Below, one piece after another: positions 57,512-64,000 of a stretch of DNA of 64,000 nt. Made by a program: the position numbers and the translations under genes. The notes below the pieces were generated by a model that searched no databases, was not told where the DNA came from, and worked only from the letters and a program-made list of their open reading frames with translations. This stretch comes from Polyangiaceae bacterium. GTDB lineage: Bacteria > Myxococcota_A > Polyangia > Polyangiales > Polyangiaceae. The stretch's first letter is position 1. The number at the start of each line of letters is the position of its first letter. The DNA lies in assembly GCA_050287085.1 (NCBI GenBank), contig JBNKBE010000006.1:1-64000 (forward strand), given 5' to 3'.

Positions 57512-58758
57512 CCGTCATCCTCCAGCAAGCGCTCCACAAGCAGCTCGGAAGCTTCGTTCAGATAGGCATCGAGCTGCTCTGGAGACGAGAGCTCGACCGC
57601 ACCAGGCCCAGACTTCACCTCGTGGGGCAGCTTGGCCACAAATACCGCAAACTGTTCGAGCAGCTGCGTCTTGCGCGGGTCGTCGGTGCGCAGCCGAGCG
57701 AGCGAACGCACCAACTCCCCTAGCGCGTCCCCGCGCTGCGCCCGCGCCTCAGCGCTCTGTAGCGGTCGCGTTTCAACTCTGAGGTCTTCGACCCAGACGG
57801 AACCCGCCTCACCGCTCAGCGCGCGGAGCTCCTGTAACCAGTGTTCTCGCTCGAAAACCAAACGCGCATGCGCCGCGCTGCTGCCGGTGGCAATGGCGCG
57901 CACGACGAGCGTACGGCCCTCAGCACTGGCGCTCGCGTCGCCGATAGCCCTCGCCAGCTCATCAACGACGGCCTCGGCCGAAGCCTCGGCGTCCACCACC
58001 ACACGCAAGCGGATGAAGCGGACCACATCCACTGAGCGGTGCTCCACCCGCTGCACCGCCCCTTCCTCGATGGTGATGAGCGTCGCCCCTTTCTGACCTT
58101 CCTCGCGCACGTGGCGCCCTTGAAGATTACCGCTAAACACAACCCAAGGGGCCTCGCTCAACACCTCCCGCTGATGCACGTGACCCAGAGCCCAATAGTC
58201 GTAGCCCTTTTCCAGCAACTCATCGAGCGTGGTGGGCGCGTAGGTCGCATGTCCCGGCCGCCCAGAAACGCTCGTGTGCAGCAGTCCGATGTTGACGTAG
58301 CTATCCCACCTTTTGGGGTAATGGCGAGCCAGGTTTTCCTGCTCCTCACGATGGCGGTAGCTCTGTCCATGCACCACAACGCCAAGGTCCTCGTAGGCAC
58401 GGCTGGTAGCCTGCTCGTGCGAGAATACGAAGACGTTGTCCGGCAGCCGCAGGTGCTTTTCGATCTGACTGGCTGCGTCGTGATTGCCCCTCACGGCGAC
58501 AACCTCGACTCCGGCCTCTTTTAGCACACTCATCTGCTGGGAAAAGAACAAGCCGGTTGAATAGTCACGCCAATCCCCATCGAAAAGGTCACCCGCAATC
58601 AGCAGGAGTGCGACCTTCTCCGACACGCACAGCGCGACCAGATTCTCCAGGGCTCGCCGGGTCGCACTTCGGATTTCCTCGACGGGCGCACTCTCATAGC
58701 GGTCCAGGCCAGCGAGTGGGCTGTCGATGTGAAGATCTGCGGCGTGAACCACCTTCAT
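57508..58758 (-). CDS. YhaO-like Mre11/SbcD metallophosphoesterase nuclease
   Basis: HAADLHID, AGDLFD, GNHD, LLHT, WALGHVH and GNLQGRH..E.G.KG. Confidence 0.92.
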   Translation of the reverse strand: MKVVHAADLHIDSPLAGLDRYESAPVEEIRSATRRALENLVALCVSEKVALLLIAGDLFDGDWRDYSTGLFFSQQMSVLKEAGVEVVAVRGNHDAASQIEKHLRLPDNVFVFSHEQATSRAYEDLGVVVHGQSYRHREEQENLARHYPKRWDSYVNIGLLHTSVSGRPGHATYAPTTLDELLEKGYDYWALGHVHQREVLSEAPWVVFSGNLQGRHVREEGQKGATLITIEEGAVQRVEHRSVDVVRFIRLRVVVDAEASAEAVVDELARAIGDASASAEGRTLVVRAIATGSSAAHARLVFEREHWLQELRALSGEAGSVWVEDLRVETRPLQSAEARAQRGDALGELVRSLARLRTDDPRKTQLLEQFAVFVAKLPHEVKSGPGAVELSSPEQLDAYLNEASELLVERLLEDDG

Positions 58759-59020
58759 CGTGAGATCCTCACCTTTCGCCCCTCGAATGTCACCCGCGAA
58801 CGCGAGTGCACCTTAGGCGCGGCCGGACAAGGTTCTAGAGCCGCGCCGTTCGCGCCTCATTCCGCTGGGGCAGTGGCGCTAGATCGCGCTAGGCTATCAG
58901 CCTACCGGCCGTTTCGGCTCCATCAGGGCGAGCCTCCTGGTGCGAGGTGTTTGGTCGCGGAGTGCATGCTTCTCCGGCACGGAGTCGAAATCCCCGACGA
59001 CTTTGGCTAGGCTAGTCTAA

Positions 59021-60199
59021 ATGAGTAAGGACGTTGCAACGCCACACCCCGCTTCCCCGGGTCCGGATACGTTGCTGACCATCGCGTCGCTGGGGCTCTT
59101 GGCAGAGCACATCCACCAACCGCTCTTCGCCAAAGACCGTGAGCTTCGCTACGTGCTCGCCAACCACGCGTTCTGCACGCTGCTCGACTACCCGCGGACG
59201 GAATTGCTCGGCCGGCGTCACTCGGAGGTCTTCGCCCGCGGCGCCGAATTGGAAGCCGCCGACAGCAAGGTATTCGAAGAAGAAGCGCCAACGGCCGAAG
59301 CCTTCATCTTCACGGGCCTGGTTGGGGACGGCGAAGAACGCCCTGGAACCCGCATGCCCATCTTGGACGCCCAAGGGCACGTGACGCACTTGGTCTGTAT
59401 TCTCGGACGCGAGGGGGATAAGGCCGCTTCCCCACAACAGCTGGAGCGAGAGCTGGAGCGCTACGCTCAAGAACGCACCAACGCTCTGCGCGCAATGCAA
59501 GATCAACTGCTACGCAAAGAGCGCCTGATGGTGCTCGGCCAGCTGGCAGCGGGTTTGGCTCACCAGATCAGAAACCCGCTGGGGGCAATCGCCAACGCCA
59601 TTGCCCTGGCGCGTCGCCAGATTTCTCCCGATCAGAAAGGCGTCGCGCGCGCCCTGGAAATCGCCAACGAAGAAATCTGGGAAGCCAACCGCATCATTAG
59701 CGATCTTCTAGACTACGCTCGGATCCGCCCGGCGGCACGCACGGACGCTGCCATCGACCAGTTGGTTCGCGATGCGTTGACGGTCGAAATGCTGCCTGAT
59801 CGCGTTTCGATTGCTTTTGATCTGGAGCCAAGCACGGTTTCTGTGGATCACCGGCAGGTGCGAGATGCCCTGCGCAACATCATCCGCAACGCTCGTGAGG
59901 CCATGGAAGGCAATGGGGCACTCACCTTTACCGGTCGCGTCGTCGGCAAGACCTACGAGCTACTCATCCAAGACAGCGGCGTAGGGGTACCAGAAGAACA
60001 CCGGCACCTGCTCTTCGAGCCGCTCGTCAGCAGCAAGCCTCTCGGTATCGGCCTCGGGCTCCCTACCGCACGGGCATTGATAATGAATCAAGCAGGCAGC
60101 CTCGACTGTATTACCAGTGAGGTTGGAGCCTGCTTTGCGGTAAGACTACCGCGCTTTGCGCCTGAAGAAGACGACAACGACAAGGACAACGAATGCTGA
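59021..60199 (+). CDS. Cytoplasmic PAS-domain sensor histidine kinase (orphan)
   Basis: PAS (FAKD...RY..AN.AF), H-box LAHQIRNPL, N-box NAREAM, G1 DSGVG and G2 GIGLGL. Confidence 0.88.
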   Translation: MSKDVATPHPASPGPDTLLTIASLGLLAEHIHQPLFAKDRELRYVLANHAFCTLLDYPRTELLGRRHSEVFARGAELEAADSKVFEEEAPTAEAFIFTGLVGDGEERPGTRMPILDAQGHVTHLVCILGREGDKAASPQQLERELERYAQERTNALRAMQDQLLRKERLMVLGQLAAGLAHQIRNPLGAIANAIALARRQISPDQKGVARALEIANEEIWEANRIISDLLDYARIRPAARTDAAIDQLVRDALTVEMLPDRVSIAFDLEPSTVSVDHRQVRDALRNIIRNAREAMEGNGALTFTGRVVGKTYELLIQDSGVGVPEEHRHLLFEPLVSSKPLGIGLGLPTARALIMNQAGSLDCITSEVGACFAVRLPRFAPEEDDNDKDNEC

Positions 60200-60615
60200 T
60201 CGACGACATAAAAGCCCAGATGTTTGCAGCTATGAAGGCGAAGGCAATCGTCAAGAAGGAGATCTTGCGCACCGTCATCGGGGAGGTCACCGCCACCGGT
60301 GAAGACGCCACCGACGAACGCGTCCAAAAGGCAATTCGCAAGATGCTCAAGAGCAATCAGGAGACTCAGAACGCCGTAGTCGACGAAACGCAGCGGGCGG
60401 AGCTGATAGAGGAGGCGGAAATCCTGAACGCGTATTTGCCGAAGGCGCTGAGTGTTCAACAACTGATCACCGAGCTTTCGCCCGTATGCGACGCCATCCG
60501 AGCCGCCAACAATGACGGCCAGGCTACGGGGGTTGCAGTCAAGCACCTCAAGACGACAGGCGCTGAGTTCGACGGCAAAGACGTCGCCGCTGCTGTCAAA
60601 CAGCTTCGTACGTGA
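60193..60615 (+). CDS. GatB/YqeY domain protein
   Basis: IK..M..AMKAK......LR, E.EIL..YLPK.LS and DGK.V...VK. Confidence 0.85.
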   Translation: MLIDDIKAQMFAAMKAKAIVKKEILRTVIGEVTATGEDATDERVQKAIRKMLKSNQETQNAVVDETQRAELIEEAEILNAYLPKALSVQQLITELSPVCDAIRAANNDGQATGVAVKHLKTTGAEFDGKDVAAAVKQLRT

Positions 60616-60697
60616 GGGACCGAGAGCCCTAGCCCACCTCCCAATACCGTGCCACGAAGGCAGGGCGTAGCGCCGCAGACGGCCAACTCGGGAAAGG

Positions 60698-60949
60698 CTA
60701 GGGCTTGGGGTTCCCTGCCCCACTCCTATCGTGCAAAGCGCGAACCAGCGGCGGAACGATGCGCGAGAGCGCCCACAAGACAACCAGCGCAATCGCTAGC
60801 CACCAGGTTCCACTCCGGAAAGCGGCAAAGATGACGAGCAGTCCAACCCCTGTCCGGACCCACCCGGTCAAGCGTTGCCGCGCCGGAGCTGCGCCGGCCC
60901 GCGACAGCGACAGCAGCAGCCAAACGAAAAGCAGAGCGAGGACTAGCAC
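60698..60949 (-). CDS. Small hydrophobic hypothetical protein
   Basis: Three hydrophobic segments, directly downstream of the transporter gene in the same orientation. Confidence 0.45.
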   Translation of the reverse strand: MLVLALLFVWLLLSLSRAGAAPARQRLTGWVRTGVGLLVIFAAFRSGTWWLAIALVVLWALSRIVPPLVRALHDRSGAGNPKP

Positions 60950-60963
60950 CCAATGCCTGGCTC

Positions 60964-61719
60964 TCAGATACCTAGCAGCTGGATCCCAAGGCCGCTCAGC
61001 GCGATGGCAACACCCGCCGACCAGTTGAGGTGCTTCTCAAAACGCTCAAGACGATGGGCTGAACCGGAGAGGGTACCGAGTCCCCAATGTCCCAGTGCGA
61101 CCAATGCCAACATGGTCACAAGGGTTGCACCCGAAAACGCTGCCGCGATAAGCAGGGCGCTGGCCCAGTCTCCCCCCAGACTCTCGGCGAACATCAGCGG
61201 GATCAGCGCCTCACACGGCCCCAGCAGGAAGATGACAAAGAGGGCCGGGACGAGCCGCCCGCCGCCAAGCCGAGCGATGCTCCGGGTTGCGCCGTGCCGA
61301 TGCTGATGCACGACCCGCTCCGTCGGTCGTGGATGGTCATGTCCGTGTGAGTGGATTGTACCGTCCACATGCACGTGCACATGTTGGTGATCGCCGCGAT
61401 CCATCCGGAGCCAGCCAAACACCGCGTAGACGACTCCAAAAGCTATCAGCAGCCACGCAGCCAAACTGCCGCGCGTCGCCTCTACCTCAGCTAGACGCCC
61501 CAAGGTGGCCCCGAATACCCAGCCCAAGTAGCCAATAGCCACCGATGATAGGACATGGCCAACGCCGCACACCGCCGTCACCGACAGCGTCCACCCGAGC
61601 GACCACCGCCTAGCTCGACCCAAGGCGACGAAGGGCAATGTATGATCGACACCGATTGCCGTGTGGCCGACGCCCAAGGTCAGGGCCGTGATGAGCAGGA
61701 CAGAAAACTCAGGGGTCAT
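60964..61719 (-). CDS. His-rich nickel/cobalt transporter (RcnA/UreH/NiCoT-like)
   Basis: GH...G.DH..P, GHVLSS, a His-rich loop HQHVHVH...HSHGHDH, GPCE...P and about 6 TM helices. Confidence 0.8.
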   Translation of the reverse strand: MTPEFSVLLITALTLGVGHTAIGVDHTLPFVALGRARRWSLGWTLSVTAVCGVGHVLSSVAIGYLGWVFGATLGRLAEVEATRGSLAAWLLIAFGVVYAVFGWLRMDRGDHQHVHVHVDGTIHSHGHDHPRPTERVVHQHRHGATRSIARLGGGRLVPALFVIFLLGPCEALIPLMFAESLGGDWASALLIAAAFSGATLVTMLALVALGHWGLGTLSGSAHRLERFEKHLNWSAGVAIALSGLGIQLLGI

Positions 61720-61808
61720 GGGGGTGCTTCTTGGTTAGGGCCACGCTGCGTCCGACAAAGCGTCTGGAGTGCAAGCATGTCCTACCGCGCGCGGATGTCG
61801 AGAAGGTG

Positions 61809-64000
61809 TCAAGCCTCGGCCACGAGGTCATAGAGTGACTCGAGTGCCGCGTCCAGCTCAGCGACCTGACTACCACCCGCTTGCGCCATATCCGGTCTCC
61901 CGCCACCACTTCCGCCCAAACGCTCCGCGATAGGACGGATCAGTTTCCCCGCCGCATAACGCTTGGTCAGAGATTTTGAAACGGTGAGCACCAGCTGCGC
62001 TTTGTCGCCTTCGACCGAACCGACCAGGACTATGGCATCCCCCAGCCGGTCCCGCAGCTGCTCGGCCTGTTGCCGTAACAACGCGCGGTCCGTGACATCC
62101 GAGCGGACGCTGAGGACCGAAACATCCCCAACCTGCCGCGCTTGCTGCGAAGCCTCCGAGGCGCCTGCCCCTCCTGTGGCCAACTTATGCGACAGCTCAG
62201 CTACCTGCTTGCTCAGCTGGCGCTCCGTCGCCAGCATCTTGTCGAGCTTCTGTGGTAGCTCTAGGGCTGTTGATTTTGCGAGCGCTGCCGCCCGCTGCAG
62301 CGCCTGCTCGACCTGTCGCAGATGCAGAAACGCGCCCCGTCCGGTAACTGCGGTAATACGACGAACGCCCGCTGCAACCCCCTGCTCAGACAGGACTTTG
62401 AGCAGTCCAATATCCCCGGTTCTGCGCGCGTGCGTACCTCCGCATAGCTCCACCGACTCGGCCATCGACAAGACGCGCACGCGAGCCCCGTACTTCTCGC
62501 CAAAGAGCATCATGGCCCCGCGACCTTTGGCCTCGTCGATCGACAGTTCCTCTGTCTGCACCGGAGCGTTGAGCAGGATACGCTCGTTGACCAGGTCTTC
62601 AATCCGCTCCAGCTGCTCCGGCGTGACCGGCTGACCGTGGGTGAAATCAAATCGCAGGCGCTCAGGATCGACCCAAGAGCCCTTCTGCTGAGCATGCTCG
62701 CCCAGCACTTGGCGCAGACTCCAGTGCAATAGGTGGGTCGCGGAGTGGTTTCGAGCAATCGCGCGGCGGCGTGACTCGTCGACGGAGAGCCGGCAGTTCT
62801 CCCCGACCACCAGCGTCCCCCGCTCGATGCGACAACGATGGACGCTCAGCCCTTCGAGGGGCCGTACCGTATCCGATACGAAAGCCTCTCCAGAGGCGCT
62901 GGTGATCGTGCCCGTATCGCCCACCTGCCCGCCCGCTTGGGCATAGAACGGAGTACGCGCAAAAACGAGCTCTGCCTGCTGCCCGGCGGAAACGCTCTTG
63001 ACCGCCGCCCCGTCCACGATCGCAAACGCCAGACAGACCTCGTCTTGACCGCGCTCATAGCCGACAAAAGCGGTCGCCGAAGCCAGCGCCTCGCGAGCCT
63101 CGCGGTACACATCCAGCACCGCCTGTTCCACCCCCCGAAAGCGGGTGCGGTCGCGCGCCGCTTGCAGCTCAGCCTCGTAGCCCGCGCTGTCGACGACCAG
63201 ACCGCGCTCAGCGCAGATGACCTCGGTCAGGTCGAGTGGAAAGCCGTAAGTGTCGTATAGCTTGAAGGCGTCTTGGCCCGAAAGCAGTCGTTGGCCCTCG
63301 GCCTCGAGCGCGGCAAAGCGGTCTTCGAGCAGCGACAAACCGCGCTCGATAGTGCGACGAAAGCGCACTTCCTCCTGCTCGCAGACCGCCGCAATGTGCG
63401 CTGTCTTCTCGCGCAGCTCGGGATACTGATCCCCCATCAGCTCGGTGACCCGCAGCGCCACACGATGAAGAAAAGGCCGCTCGATCCCGAGACGGTGGCC
63501 GTGGCGGATCGCCCGGCGCATCACCCGGCGCAGCACGTACTCGCGGCCGTTTGCATCCGGCATCACTCCCTCAGCGAGCAAGAAGGCTGCTAGCCGCGAA
63601 TGATCGGCGATCACGCGCAAGCTCACATCGTCGTCGTTCATGCTACCGCTGTAGCTCTTGCCTGCGATATCCGCCGCCGTCTCCACGAGCCCGCGGAGCA
63701 CGTCCGTGTCGTAGTTGGAGGTCTTGCCCTGCAACACCGCAACGATCCGCTCGAGCCCCATCCCGGTGTCGATGCTGGGAGCTGGGAGCAAACTGAGCTC
63801 ACCGGACGGCGCACGATCGAACTGCATGAACACGAGATTCCAGATCTCGACCCAGCCGTAGCCCTCCGCCGTCTGCTCCTCGCCAAACAGCCGCACGTCC
63901 GGCTCCGGCCCTTGAAAATAGTGGATCTCGCTGCACGGTCCACAGGGCCCGGTGTCTCCCATGGACCAGAAATTGTCGGCCGCGCCGCAACCGATGATGC
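61809..64000 (-). CDS. alaS: Alanine--tRNA ligase (5' end outside window)
   Basis: WSMGDTGPCGPCSEI, EIWNLVFMQ, DTGMGLER, LYDTYGFP, NHSATHLLH, ELCGGTH and GGGRPDMAQAGG. Confidence 0.98.
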   Translation of the reverse strand, partial: IIGCGAADNFWSMGDTGPCGPCSEIHYFQGPEPDVRLFGEEQTAEGYGWVEIWNLVFMQFDRAPSGELSLLPAPSIDTGMGLERIVAVLQGKTSNYDTDVLRGLVETAADIAGKSYSGSMNDDDVSLRVIADHSRLAAFLLAEGVMPDANGREYVLRRVMRRAIRHGHRLGIERPFLHRVALRVTELMGDQYPELREKTAHIAAVCEQEEVRFRRTIERGLSLLEDRFAALEAEGQRLLSGQDAFKLYDTYGFPLDLTEVICAERGLVVDSAGYEAELQAARDRTRFRGVEQAVLDVYREAREALASATAFVGYERGQDEVCLAFAIVDGAAVKSVSAGQQAELVFARTPFYAQAGGQVGDTGTITSASGEAFVSDTVRPLEGLSVHRCRIERGTLVVGENCRLSVDESRRRAIARNHSATHLLHWSLRQVLGEHAQQKGSWVDPERLRFDFTHGQPVTPEQLERIEDLVNERILLNAPVQTEELSIDEAKGRGAMMLFGEKYGARVRVLSMAESVELCGGTHARRTGDIGLLKVLSEQGVAAGVRRITAVTGRGAFLHLRQVEQALQRAAALAKSTALELPQKLDKMLATERQLSKQVAELSHKLATGGAGASEASQQARQVGDVSVLSVRSDVTDRALLRQQAEQLRDRLGDAIVLVGSVEGDKAQLVLTVSKSLTKRYAAGKLIRPIAERLGGSGGGRPDMAQAGGSQVAELDAALESLYDLVAEA

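Overview
GC-rich bacterial chromosome segment, most likely from Myxococcota (Polyangiales/Sorangium-like). This is inferred from the Cys-rich lipoproteins, eukaryote-like Ser/Thr kinases, FHA-GAF signalling proteins, a MXAN_5187-like protein and a Myxococcus-type LexA box. The window holds about 50 CDSs. Core genes include glpK, gap-pgk-like-tpiA-secG, ychF, exbB/exbD/tonB, lexA, udg, trxB, lepB, aceE, a yhaO/yhaN-like nuclease-ATPase pair and alaS (partial), mixed with signalling and hypothetical genes. I found no rRNA, tRNA, CRISPR array, transposase or integrase. The most notable observations are: (1) the pgk in the gap-pgk-tpiA operon is full-length but has lost nearly all catalytic motifs, so it is a candidate pseudoenzyme; (2) an SPFH protein fused to an excisionase-type HTH, in an operon with a Zn-ribbon protein and a VWA-like lipoprotein; (3) an orphan M.RsrI-like DNA methyltransferase translationally coupled to a protein methyltransferase; (4) a stand-alone degenerate PglZ-like protein; (5) SecG with a ~200-aa Pro/Ala/Thr/Ser tail next to a GT-C-type glycosyltransferase; (6) many recent short tandem duplications, several spanning stop codons. 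All family assignments come from motif recognition by eye; no database searches were run.
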